64,000 bases of DNA from Terriglobia bacterium (GCA_020073205.1 JAIQFR010000012.1:747-64746), one strand, 5' to 3'. Positions 19,044 through 28,115 are shown, numbered from the stretch's first letter. A program made the numbers and translations. The notes: a model not told the origin generated them from the letters alone.

Positions 19044-19943
19044 TTGGCAAGAGTGTCCGCTCGTGTGTGGCTCCTCGCCGCGCGCCCGAAGACGCTGACC
19101 GCGAGCGTCGCCCCCGTGACGGTCGGCACGGCGCTCGCGACGGCCTTTGGGCCGCGCCCGATCTCGCTCCACCTCCCGGCCCTCGCGCTGCTCTCCGCGA
19201 TCTCTATCCAGATCGGCACGAACCTCGTCAACGACGCGTCGGATTTCACGAGGGGAGCCGACGCCGACGGGCGGCTCGGACCGCTGCGCGTCGCGCAGGG
19301 CGGGCTCGCGACGCCCGGACAGGTCATGGCGGCGGCGGCGGTCTTCTTCGCGCTCGCGGCGTGCCTCGCCGTCCCGCTGGTCGTCGCGGGAGGGATCCCG
19401 GTGCTCGTCATCGGGCTCCTCTCGGTCGCCGCCGGCTACGCCTACACCGCCGGCCCGCTCCCCCTCGCGTACGTCGGCCTCGGCGAGGCGTTCGTGCTCC
19501 TGTTCTTCGGCTTCGCCGCGGTGGAGGGGACGTGCCTCGTGCTCGCGCGATCGACGCTGCCGCCGTGGTCCGAGGTGGCGTCGCTCCAGGTGGGGCTCCA
19601 GAGCGCGACGCTGCTCGCCATCAACAACCTCCGCGACGTCGAGGGAGACCTCGCCGCGGGGAAGCGCACGCTCGCGGCCCGATTCGGGATTCCGTTCGCC
19701 CGGGCGGAGATCGCGGTCACGGTGCTGGCGCCGTTCGTCCTCGGCGGGGCGTGGCTCGCGGCGGGCCGCCCTTGGGCGGCGGCGCTCCCGCTCGCCCTGC
19801 TCCCGCTCGCGATCTCGCTCGTGGTCGGCGCGGCGAGAGAGCCCCCGAGCCCACGATTCAACCCGCTCCTCGCGCGGAGCGCGCTCCTCCAGCTCGCCTT
19901 CGCGGTGCTCCTCGCGATCGGGCTCTCGATCCCGGGGAGGTGA
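19044..19943 (+). CDS. menA: 1,4-dihydroxy-2-naphthoate polyprenyltransferase
   Basis: This is the C-terminal part of listed ORF 18588..19943. TTG 19044 (GGGAGGA 5 nt upstream) or GTG 19053 is the likely start. It is a UbiA-family membrane protein with NLVNDASD and NNLRDVEGD Asp-rich motifs. Confidence 0.88.
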   Translation: MARVSARVWLLAARPKTLTASVAPVTVGTALATAFGPRPISLHLPALALLSAISIQIGTNLVNDASDFTRGADADGRLGPLRVAQGGLATPGQVMAAAAVFFALAACLAVPLVVAGGIPVLVIGLLSVAAGYAYTAGPLPLAYVGLGEAFVLLFFGFAAVEGTCLVLARSTLPPWSEVASLQVGLQSATLLAINNLRDVEGDLAAGKRTLAARFGIPFARAEIAVTVLAPFVLGGAWLAAGRPWAAALPLALLPLAISLVVGAAREPPSPRFNPLLARSALLQLAFAVLLAIGLSIPGR

Positions 19944-21196
19944 CGTGTGGAGGAGCCCGGGGGCGCGCCGTCGTGAAGCTCGGCTCCCACTTCGACGCCG
20001 AGACTCGATTCGACTGGCTCGACCGCGAGCCGGCCGTCGTCGCGAACCCCGAGTGGGCGCTCCGGCGCCCCGGCGATCTCGCGGCCGCGAAGCGCGCCCT
20101 GCCGAGGCTCGAGGCGCACGTGTGGGTCGCGACCTCCGGCACCTCGGGCCGGTCCGCGGGCGCCCGTTGGGTCGCGCTCTCGAAGGAGGCCTTCCTCGCC
20201 TCGGCGAGCGCGGTCAACGCACACCTCGACTCGCGCTCGCACGACGTGTGGGTCCACGCCCTCCCGCTCTTCCACGTCGGCGGGCTCGGCATTCTCGCGC
20301 GGGCCTCGCTGTCGGGAGCGCGGGTCGTCGCGGGGATCGAGGAGCGCTGGGACCCCGGGACCTTCGCGGAGCGCGCCGCGGCGGCCGGAGCCACGCTGAC
20401 GGCGCTCGTCCCGGCCCAGGTCCACGACCTCGTATCGGCGGAGATCCCCTCGCCGCCGGCGATCCGGGCCGTCGTCGTCGGAGGCGACCGGCTCGATCCC
20501 GCGCTCTGGCGGGCCGCGAAGTCGCTGGGCTGGCCGTGCCTCCCGAGCTACGGGATGACCGAGACCTGCTCGCAGGTCGCGACCGCACCCCTCGCGTCGA
20601 TCGAGGCACCCGGTCCGCCGTCCGCCCTTGCCGCGCTGCCGCACGCCGAGATCCGGTGCGGAGAGGAAGGGAGAATCGAGATTCGCGCCACGTCGCTCCT
20701 GACGGCCTACGCGGAAATCGAGGGCGACGCGGTCCGGGCATGGGACCCGAAGCGCGACGGATGGCTCGAGACGGACGATCTCGGCCGCGTGGCCGGCGGC
20801 TCCGTCGAGGTGTGGGGCCGGGCCGGCGAGGCGGTCAAGGTCCTGGGGGAGATCGTCCTCCTCCCTCGGGTGGAGTCGCGCCTCGAGGGATGGACCGCCG
20901 GCGACCCGTGGCTCAGGGAGAGGGTTCTCGACGTGGCCCTCGTCGCGAGACCCGATCCGAGGCTCGGCCACGAGCTGACGCTCGTGGTCGCGTCCGGCGA
21001 CCCGGCGCTCGCCGCGCCCCCCGCGCTCGATCGTCTGGCGCGCTCCCTGCGGGAGTTCGCGAGAGCCGAGCTGCTCCCGTTCGAGCGGCCGCGGCGCGTC
21101 GTCTTCCTCGACCGGATCCCGAGGAACGAGCTCGGCAAGAAGCGCCGGGACGCGCTAGCGCTCGAAGTGGGCCTCCATACGGGCCTTGATGTCTGA
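19940..21196 (+). CDS. menE: o-succinylbenzoate-CoA ligase (adenylate-forming)
   Basis: GTG 19940 overlaps the menA stop (GTGA); GTG 19973 is an alternative. TSGTSGRSAG (AMP-binding P-loop), SYGMTET, TDDLG and GKKRR are adenylation-domain motifs. Confidence 0.85.
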   Translation: MTCGGARGRAVVKLGSHFDAETRFDWLDREPAVVANPEWALRRPGDLAAAKRALPRLEAHVWVATSGTSGRSAGARWVALSKEAFLASASAVNAHLDSRSHDVWVHALPLFHVGGLGILARASLSGARVVAGIEERWDPGTFAERAAAAGATLTALVPAQVHDLVSAEIPSPPAIRAVVVGGDRLDPALWRAAKSLGWPCLPSYGMTETCSQVATAPLASIEAPGPPSALAALPHAEIRCGEEGRIEIRATSLLTAYAEIEGDAVRAWDPKRDGWLETDDLGRVAGGSVEVWGRAGEAVKVLGEIVLLPRVESRLEGWTAGDPWLRERVLDVALVARPDPRLGHELTLVVASGDPALAAPPALDRLARSLREFARAELLPFERPRRVVFLDRIPRNELGKKRRDALALEVGLHTGLDV

Positions 21197-21574
21197 CGGG
21201 ATCGGGACCTTCGCCCCCCGAACGAGGTCGGCGAAGACGTGCGTGACCCGCGTCTCGGCGCACCGCTTCGGCTCCCCCTGCTCCATGTCGAAGAACTGCG
21301 TCGTCACCTCGAACGAAGACTCCCCGATCTTGGTGATCCGGATCTCGGCGTCGTAGCTCCTCCCCGGCCGGAGCGGCTGCTCGAAGATCGCCTCCGCGCG
21401 GCGAATGGGCACCGCGACGCTCGCGTCCCGGAACCAGCTCGCCCACGAGGTGCCGAGCTCGTCGGTCACGAACCCCTCGTAGACGCGGTGCGCGACCTCG
21501 AGGAGCCGCGCGAAGAAGAGAACCCCGGCCGGGTCGGCCTGGTCGAAGTGGATCGTCACCGGTCGTCGATACAT
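21155..21574 (-). CDS. Hotdog-fold (4HBT/YbgC-like) acyl-CoA thioesterase, DHNA-CoA thioesterase candidate
   Basis: Listed ORF 21155..21616 was trimmed to ATG 21574 (MYRRPVTIHFDQADPAGVLFFARLLEV = 4HBT catalytic Asp context). It converges on menE with a 42-nt 3' overlap. Confidence 0.75.
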   Translation of the reverse strand: MYRRPVTIHFDQADPAGVLFFARLLEVAHRVYEGFVTDELGTSWASWFRDASVAVPIRRAEAIFEQPLRPGRSYDAEIRITKIGESSFEVTTQFFDMEQGEPKRCAETRVTHVFADLVRGAKVPIPSDIKARMEAHFER

Positions 21575-21732
21575 CGCTCGGATTCTCCACGCGGCGACGG
21601 CCGCCACGAGGACCATACACGAACCCCGGCCGCCGCCGCCAACGTCTCCCGGAGTATGCTTCGGGGTGCCGGGCCTCCGTTCGGACGGTCCCCAGGGTCG
21701 GGCCGATTCGAAGCGGGGACGAAAGGGCCGTC

Positions 21733-23538
21733 ATGCGAACCCATCGCCCGGATCGACTCTCGGTCCTGTGCGTCCACGGGATCGGCCACGGCGACGCGGA
21801 CGCGTCGCTCGTCCCGTCGTGGACCGACGCGATCACCCAGGTCGTCCATCGCTGGCAGCCGGGGTGCGCCGTCGACCTAGAGTTCCTGCGCTACGACGAC
21901 CTCTTCGATCACGCCCCGCTCGATCTCGCCGTGTACGGCCGGGCGCTGGCGGAGATCCTGGCCAGCGGCGCCGTCCACGGAATCGGAGATTTCCTCGGCG
22001 GGGCGCGCGGGCTTCACGACCTTCCCGATCAGGTCCGCTGGACCGCCGGGATGATCGCGCAGTGGGCCACGGAGGACGGCCTCCGCGACGGGCTGCGCCG
22101 GCGTCTCCTCCAGGCGATGAGGGACCGTGAGCCCGATCTCGTGTGCGCGCACAGCCTCGGCTCTCTGATCGCCTACGACACGTTCCGCCGCAACCCGGGG
22201 GTCCTCGCGGGGAAGACGCTCCTGACATTCGGATCCCAGATCGGCAACCCGTTCGTCCGCGACGCGTTCGCGGGGCGGATCGAGCCGCTCGACGCCCGGG
22301 CCTGGTATCACCTCTTCAATCCCGCCGACCGCGTCTTCACGTCGCGGCTCAGGATTGAAGCGCCGAACTTCGTCGAGGTCCTGACGGAGTTCGACAAGCC
22401 GAACGACGTCATCAACCACGACCCCGTCTGCTACATGAGCCACCCGGACGCCCAGGCGCGGGTGTGGGCCGAGATCGCGGGCGGCGGCCCCCCGAGAAGC
22501 GTGGCGCGCGCGTTTCGCGCGATGCAGGGCTTCGCGAAGCGGCCCGACCGCCGCGCCCTCCTGGTCGGGATCAACGCGTACCCCGACCCTGCGAACCGCC
22601 TCGAGGGGTGCGTCAACGACGTGTTCCTGATGAGCTCGGTGCTCCAGGAGTGCGGTTTCGGCCCGGAGGAGATCCGCGTGGTCCTCGACGAGCGGGCGAC
22701 GGCGCAAGGGATCCTCGAGCGCCTCCACTGGCTCCTCGACGACGTCGACGGCGGCGCCGAGCGGGTGCTCTTCTACTCGGGGCACGGCGCCCAGATCCCG
22801 AGCTACGACGTCCGCGGGGAGGTCGACCATCTCGACGAGTGCCTCGTGCCGTACGACTTCGACTGGACCCCCGCGCGCGCCATCCGGGACAAGCAGTTCG
22901 TCGAGTTCTACAGCCAGCTCCCCTACGACGCGCGCTTCGTCGCGATCTTCGACTGCTGCCACTCCGGGGGGATGAACCGCGAGGGCGGGGCCCGTCCGCG
23001 CGGCATCGAGCCGCCGGACGACATCCGCCACCGCGCGCTCGAGTGGGATCTTACGCTCCAGATGTGGCGGGAGCGCAAGCTCCGGCCGCAGAACCCGACC
23101 CTCGCGGGGTCGAAGGTGGGGAGCGCGTATCTCGGGCGGCGCGGCGTCACGCACCGGTTCGGCCGAGGGATGGCGCTGCGCTCCCTGCCGTCGTCGACCT
23201 ACGACCGCGAGCGCAAGAGGCTCCGCCACCGCGGCGCCTATCTTCCCGTGATCCTCGAGGCGTGCCAGGAAGCCGAGCTCTCCTACGAGTATCGAGACGG
23301 GGCGACGTCTTACGGCGCGTTCACGTACTGCCTCGCCAAGGTGCTCCGGATCGTCCGCGGCCAGGGGCAGAATCCCACGTTCCGTGAACTCACCGAGCGG
23401 ACCGCCGGCCGGCTCCGGGCGCTCGACTACCGGCAGACGCCGGCGCTCGTCGGCGCGAGGCCCCTGCTCGACGAGGCGATCCCGTGGTCACGGCGGCCGC
23501 GCCCGCGCCGGGCCCGGCGAGGAGGAACCGATCGATGA
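21733..23538 (+). CDS. Fusion protein: N-terminal alpha/beta-hydrolase (lipase/esterase-like) domain + C-terminal metacaspase-like peptidase C14 domain
   Basis: N-domain: VLCVHGIGHG and nucleophile elbow AHSLGS (Ser codon 22153..22155). C14 domain: RRALLVGINAYP...GCVNDV, YSGHGAQ (His codon 22783..22785), FDCCHSGG (Cys codon 22957..22959) and a p10-like EACQEAELSYEY..SYGAFTYCL. No signal peptide. Confidence 0.88.
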   Translation: MRTHRPDRLSVLCVHGIGHGDADASLVPSWTDAITQVVHRWQPGCAVDLEFLRYDDLFDHAPLDLAVYGRALAEILASGAVHGIGDFLGGARGLHDLPDQVRWTAGMIAQWATEDGLRDGLRRRLLQAMRDREPDLVCAHSLGSLIAYDTFRRNPGVLAGKTLLTFGSQIGNPFVRDAFAGRIEPLDARAWYHLFNPADRVFTSRLRIEAPNFVEVLTEFDKPNDVINHDPVCYMSHPDAQARVWAEIAGGGPPRSVARAFRAMQGFAKRPDRRALLVGINAYPDPANRLEGCVNDVFLMSSVLQECGFGPEEIRVVLDERATAQGILERLHWLLDDVDGGAERVLFYSGHGAQIPSYDVRGEVDHLDECLVPYDFDWTPARAIRDKQFVEFYSQLPYDARFVAIFDCCHSGGMNREGGARPRGIEPPDDIRHRALEWDLTLQMWRERKLRPQNPTLAGSKVGSAYLGRRGVTHRFGRGMALRSLPSSTYDRERKRLRHRGAYLPVILEACQEAELSYEYRDGATSYGAFTYCLAKVLRIVRGQGQNPTFRELTERTAGRLRALDYRQTPALVGARPLLDEAIPWSRRPRPRRARRGGTDR

Positions 23539-24740
23539 GCGAGATCGCGCAGTGGACCTGGATCGTGTACATGGCCGGCGACAACAACCTCGAGGACGCG
23601 GGGCGCTCGGACCTCGGGGAGATGAAGCGCATCGGCTCGACCGCGGACGTCAACGTCGTCGTCCAGTTCGACACCGAGTCGAAACGGACGACGAGGTACC
23701 GCGTCGAGAAGAACCGGCTCAAGACGATCCAGGAGATGCCCGGAGTGGACTGCGGCGATCCCAAGGTCCTGGCCGGGTTCGCGCAGTGGGCCGTGAAGAC
23801 CTTCCCCGCGCGTCACTACCTGCTCGACGTCTGGAATCACGGCGGCGGATGGGAGAACCTCCCCGCGGACTACGACTACGATTCCATCCGCCTCGCCAAG
23901 CCGACGCGCGCCGCGCGCCTCCGCCGCCTCAAGCGCTCGCTGTTCCGCACCACCGTGGCGAAGATCCACCGGCGCGGCGCCGCCGCGCGCGCGATCGCGA
24001 TCGATTGCGGCTCGCACGACTACCTCGACAACCGCGAGCTCAGGAGCGCGGTGTCGAGGGCGTTTCCTCCCGGACGGAAGCTCGACGTCCTCGGCTGCGA
24101 CGCGTGCCTCATGAACATGATCGAGATCGCGTACGAGATGAAGGACGGCGCTCGCTTCATGGTCGGCTCCGAGGAAACGGAGCCCGCCGCCGGGTGGCCC
24201 TACGCAGCGATCCTGAAGGCGCTGGTCGGGAAGCCCGCGACGAGCCCCGCGGACCTCGCGAAGCGGATCGTCGTCGAGTACGGTAGGTACTTCAAGCGCA
24301 GAGGCGAAGCGGCGACGCAATCGGCCCTCGACCTCTCCCGCGTGACCGCCCTGGCCGGGGCCGTCGACGAGCTGGCCGTCGCGCTTCTCGCCGATCTCGA
24401 AGCGGTCGCGGGGACCGTGAGCCTCGCCCGGGACCGGGCGCAGAAATTCGAGATGCCGGAGTACGTCGACCTCGGAGACTTCGCCGCGCAGCTCGCCAAG
24501 CGCCTTCCACGGAGCGCCGCCGTGCAGGCCGCGGCGGCGAAGGTGCGAGCGGGACTCGATCCGGGCGGCGCCGAGCCGCTCGTCATCGGGAACGCGACCG
24601 CGGGGGCTTCCGTCGCCCGCTCGACCGGGGTATCGATCTACTACCCCCATCGCGAGGACTACTCGCCGGACTACGCGGAGTTGCGCTTCAGCAGGGACGT
24701 GAAGTGGCACCGGTTGCTGCAGGGGATGTTCAAGGCCTGA
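23535..24740 (+). CDS. Clostripain-family (peptidase C11) cysteine protease
   Basis: ATG 23535 overlaps the upstream stop (ATGA). WTWIVYMAGDNNLE, DVWNHGGGW (His codon 23838..23840), LGCDACLMNMIE (Cys codon 24105..24107) and GSEETEPAAGWPY are C11 hallmarks. No signal peptide. Confidence 0.88.
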   Translation: MSEIAQWTWIVYMAGDNNLEDAGRSDLGEMKRIGSTADVNVVVQFDTESKRTTRYRVEKNRLKTIQEMPGVDCGDPKVLAGFAQWAVKTFPARHYLLDVWNHGGGWENLPADYDYDSIRLAKPTRAARLRRLKRSLFRTTVAKIHRRGAAARAIAIDCGSHDYLDNRELRSAVSRAFPPGRKLDVLGCDACLMNMIEIAYEMKDGARFMVGSEETEPAAGWPYAAILKALVGKPATSPADLAKRIVVEYGRYFKRRGEAATQSALDLSRVTALAGAVDELAVALLADLEAVAGTVSLARDRAQKFEMPEYVDLGDFAAQLAKRLPRSAAVQAAAAKVRAGLDPGGAEPLVIGNATAGASVARSTGVSIYYPHREDYSPDYAELRFSRDVKWHRLLQGMFKA

Positions 24741-24769
24741 GGGAGAACCGGATCGAGCCGTCCGGAACG

Positions 24770-25708
24770 TCAGCGTGGCTCGGAGCCGGGCGACCACGTG
24801 AAGCGATGCGCGCGGCGCTCGCTTCCGCTGACCCAGTGACCGCGGGCCACGGCCGAGAAGGTGCGCGTCCGCTCGGCGAGGATCGGTCGCATCGTCGCGG
24901 TCTCGAGATCCACGGTCAACGTCTCGGTCACGGGGCTGAACTGCGCGTGCTCCAGGAATCGAGTGCTCGCGACCGTGTCGCCGTCTCCGAGCTCCCTGGC
25001 TTCGCGGGCCATGTCGATGAGGAACCCGCCCGTGTACCGGCGGACCGATTCCGACGGATAGACCGCCGCGGCCTCGAGCCGGGTCCGTCCCGCCGCGCCG
25101 CTCGACGACAGCCCTCGCCGCGTCGCCTTCACGGGCACGCGCGTGCCGTCGAGCTCCCATGCGCTTTCCGTCCGCGTCCACTCCCCCGGTTTCTGCCGGC
25201 TTCCGAGCCACGCTCCGACCCAGGCGTACCAGTCCCCGCTGGCGACGTCGCGAAGGAGGTTCTTGAAGGAGTCGAGACCCGGCGGCATTCCGGGGAATCC
25301 AGCGGCGGCGAGGACGCCGCGGGCGACTCCGTCGAGGTCGCGGCTTTCCGCGTAACGGCCGTCCCGGTCCACCAGGATCGTCGGCGTGGCGATCCTCATC
25401 ACGCGCGCGACGGCGATTCTCATGCCCGCGGGGTTCACGGAGGCGATCGGGACGTTGTCCACCGACACGATGCGGGCGTCGGAGAAGCGCAGGACCAGGC
25501 GATCGGACGTCGAGTCGGGCTCGACGCGGAGGTGCATCTCGATCACGACCGACCGCCGCTCGTCCCCCACGCTCCGCTCGTCGGAGAGCTCGATCGTCGC
25601 GTCGCCGCGCACCGGCCACGCGAAGCGCAACGTGCCCTCCGGCTCCGCCGGCCGCGCGGGCGGGACGACGAGGCCGAGGGCGAGGACCATCGCACGGAGA
25701 GCGCGCAT
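24770..25708 (-). CDS. Secreted hypothetical protein
   Basis: Listed ORF 24770..25864 was trimmed to ATG 25708 (MRALRAMVLALGLVVPPARPAE, signal-peptide-like). Composition is normal and no family was recognised. Confidence 0.55.
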   Translation of the reverse strand: MRALRAMVLALGLVVPPARPAEPEGTLRFAWPVRGDATIELSDERSVGDERRSVVIEMHLRVEPDSTSDRLVLRFSDARIVSVDNVPIASVNPAGMRIAVARVMRIATPTILVDRDGRYAESRDLDGVARGVLAAAGFPGMPPGLDSFKNLLRDVASGDWYAWVGAWLGSRQKPGEWTRTESAWELDGTRVPVKATRRGLSSSGAAGRTRLEAAAVYPSESVRRYTGGFLIDMAREARELGDGDTVASTRFLEHAQFSPVTETLTVDLETATMRPILAERTRTFSAVARGHWVSGSERRAHRFTWSPGSEPR

Positions 25709-25804
25709 GCCGATGATCCTAGCGCATTCCCGCCCGGGTCCCCGGGGCACATCGAGGCACGGCCTCGGCGCTACCGCGAATCGGGGCCCCCCGCTCTCCT
25801 TTTC

Positions 25805-25813
25805 TGCTAGAAT
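25805..25813 (+). promoter_or_regulatory. Extended -10 promoter candidate (TGcTAGAAT) for the GGDEF-EAL gene
   Basis: TGCTAGAAT lies 34 nt upstream of ATG 25847. There is no good -35, which is tolerated by extended -10 promoters. Confidence 0.35.
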
Positions 25814-25846
25814 GGCGCCGCCCCCTTTCCGACATTCGGGGCGCAC

Positions 25847-27958
25847 ATGACGGATTCCGCGCACTCCAACGAAAGACCCGTGTCTGTCGAAGATCCCTTC
25901 GCCGCGCAGGCCGCGGCGCTACGCCAGTTCGACGAAGCGATCCTCAGCGCCAGAACTCAACTGGAGGAGTACGTGGCGGCCTGGATCGCGGACCTGACGT
26001 CCGCCCGGGCCAGCCAGCCTCAGGAAATCGACGACAGCATCACGGCGCGTCTCGCGGAAGCCGAGGGGCGGCTCGATCATCTTCGCGACGCGCTTCGGGA
26101 TGGCCCGGCGGCGCTCGGGGCGCGGGTTCAGTCGAGCGAGGCCGCGCGCACGGTCGCCCTAAGGGATCTGAGGCGCACGGTCGAGGAGCACGAGGAAGCG
26201 GGGAGGGTTCTCGCGGCCGCCAACGTGGAGCTGCGCGGTCAGATCGCGGATCGTGAACGGCTCGAAACCGAGCGGCGCGGTGCCGACCAGGACCTGCAGG
26301 AGATTCAGGCGCGCTTCGAGAACGCCTTCGCCAGCGCCCCGATCGGCATGGCCCTCGTCGACATGGAGGGTCGCTGGCTCCAAGTCAACGACGCTCTCTG
26401 TCGAATCACCGGCCATACGAGGGCCGCGCTGAAGGCGACGACGCTTCCGGCCATCACGTTTCCGGACGACATCGATTGCGACGCCGATGCCCTCCGGGAT
26501 CTCCTCGCCGGCCGGGTCCCGAGCTACCAGGCCGAGAAGCGCTATCGCCACGCCTGGGGGCACTATCTCTGGGTGATGCTCACGGTCTCCCTCGTCCGCG
26601 ATCACCGAGGTCGGCCGCTCTACGTCATCTCGCAGGTCCAGGACATCTCGGAGCGGAAGGAGATGGCGGCACGCCTCGATTTCCTGCTCGATCACGATTT
26701 CCTGACCGGTCTCTTCAATCGTCGTCGGTTCGAGCAGGAGCTGGCCCGGGAGGTCGAGCGGGCCTCGCGCTACGGCGCCAAGGGCGCCGTGCTCATGATC
26801 GATCTGGACAACTTCAAGGACGTCAACGACGCCTTCGGCCACAAGGCCGGCGACGATCTCCTCAAGGGCGTCGCCGGCGCGCTGAGGCATCGGGTGCGCC
26901 AAACGGACGTCCTGGCGCGGGTGGGAGGGGACGAGTTCGCCGCGCTGCTGCCGGAGACGGATGCCGACCAGGCCCAGATCGTGGCCGACGGGATCGTCAG
27001 AACCCTGCGGCAGAACGTCGCGGTCCTCGGCGAGCAATCGATCCGCGCCACGGCCAGCGTCGGGGTCGCCCTGTTCGACGGCCTGAGTGCCGCGGAGGTG
27101 CTGGCCTTCGCCGACCTCTCGATGTACGAAGCGAAACAGGCGGGTCGGAATCGAGTCGCGATGTACCGCCCGAGCGGGGGGCACCGCGAGCACGTGTCGG
27201 CGCGGCTCGCCGAGGCGGAGCTGGTCCGCAACGCCTTGGAGGAGGATCGCTTCATCCTCTACTGCCAGCCGATCGTCGACCTGAAGCGGAACGAGGTGCT
27301 CCAGTACGAGCTGTTGCTCAGGCTCCGCGGCGACGAGGGGCGCGAGCCGCTCCAGCCCAGCTCGTTTCTCTATGTCGCCGAGCGGTTCGGCCTGATCCAG
27401 GAGATCGACTGCTGGGTCGCGCGCCAGGCGGTCGCGCTGATCGCCGAGCACGCGCGCGCGGGCCGCAAGCTCGTGCTCCACGTCAACCTCTCGGGGAAGT
27501 CTATCGGCGATCCCAACGTGGCCGCTCTCGCCGAGAAGGCGATCGCGGACGCGGACATCGATCCCGCCTGTCTCGTCTTCGAGCTGACGGAGACGACGGC
27601 GATCGCCAACATCGAGGAGGCGAAGGCGTTCGCCCATCGTCTGCGCGCCCGCGGTTGCCGGTTCGCACTCGACGACTTCGGCGCGGGTTTCGGCTCCTTC
27701 TACTACCTCAAGTCCCTGCCTTTCGACTACTTCAAGATCGACGGCGACTTCATCCGAGGCATCGTCGCGAGTCCCATGGACCAGCTCGTGGTCGGGGCCA
27801 TCGTCGGCATCGCCAAGGGAATGGGCAAGAAGACGATCGCCGAGTTCGTCGCGGACGACGAAACCGCCCAGCTGCTCGAGAGGAGCGGCGTCGACTACGG
27901 GCAGGGCTACCACCTCGGCCGTCCGGGACCCGTGAGAGACGTTCTACCGTCGACGTGA
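25847..27958 (+). CDS. Coiled-coil - PAS - GGDEF - EAL c-di-GMP turnover protein
   Basis: PAS (FENAFASAPIGMALVD...). GGDEF with intact GGDEF and an RQTD I-site 5 residues upstream. EAL domain with QYELLLR (ELL variant), NLS, FELTET, DDFGAGFGS, KIDG and GQGY. Confidence 0.92.
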   Translation: MTDSAHSNERPVSVEDPFAAQAAALRQFDEAILSARTQLEEYVAAWIADLTSARASQPQEIDDSITARLAEAEGRLDHLRDALRDGPAALGARVQSSEAARTVALRDLRRTVEEHEEAGRVLAAANVELRGQIADRERLETERRGADQDLQEIQARFENAFASAPIGMALVDMEGRWLQVNDALCRITGHTRAALKATTLPAITFPDDIDCDADALRDLLAGRVPSYQAEKRYRHAWGHYLWVMLTVSLVRDHRGRPLYVISQVQDISERKEMAARLDFLLDHDFLTGLFNRRRFEQELAREVERASRYGAKGAVLMIDLDNFKDVNDAFGHKAGDDLLKGVAGALRHRVRQTDVLARVGGDEFAALLPETDADQAQIVADGIVRTLRQNVAVLGEQSIRATASVGVALFDGLSAAEVLAFADLSMYEAKQAGRNRVAMYRPSGGHREHVSARLAEAELVRNALEEDRFILYCQPIVDLKRNEVLQYELLLRLRGDEGREPLQPSSFLYVAERFGLIQEIDCWVARQAVALIAEHARAGRKLVLHVNLSGKSIGDPNVAALAEKAIADADIDPACLVFELTETTAIANIEEAKAFAHRLRARGCRFALDDFGAGFGSFYYLKSLPFDYFKIDGDFIRGIVASPMDQLVVGAIVGIAKGMGKKTIAEFVADDETAQLLERSGVDYGQGYHLGRPGPVRDVLPST

Positions 27959-28115
27959 GGCGGCGCGCTCCCGGAGGGAGCATGACGTCGCCTCCCCCGC
28001 CTACGTGGTCGGGTTCGGTGGCGCTCGCCTGACCCTGTGGCGTGACGCCGCCACCTGGAAGAGAATTCCGTCCGCCGCCGATCCCCGGGAGGGATCCGGC
28101 AATGGGAGGTGTCGC

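Noticed and set aside
14604-21574. Looked for menC (o-succinylbenzoate synthase, enolase superfamily) within or next to the men cluster
   Set aside because: No ORF in any frame showed enolase-superfamily features, and all space is occupied by the other men genes. It is reported as absent from the window, not as absent from the genome.
23427-25619. 730-aa minus-strand ORF over the C11 peptidase gene
   Set aside because: It is a low-complexity shadow. The plus strand has clear clostripain-family motifs, and the 3' part of the minus strand is better explained by the 24770..25708 secreted protein in a different frame.
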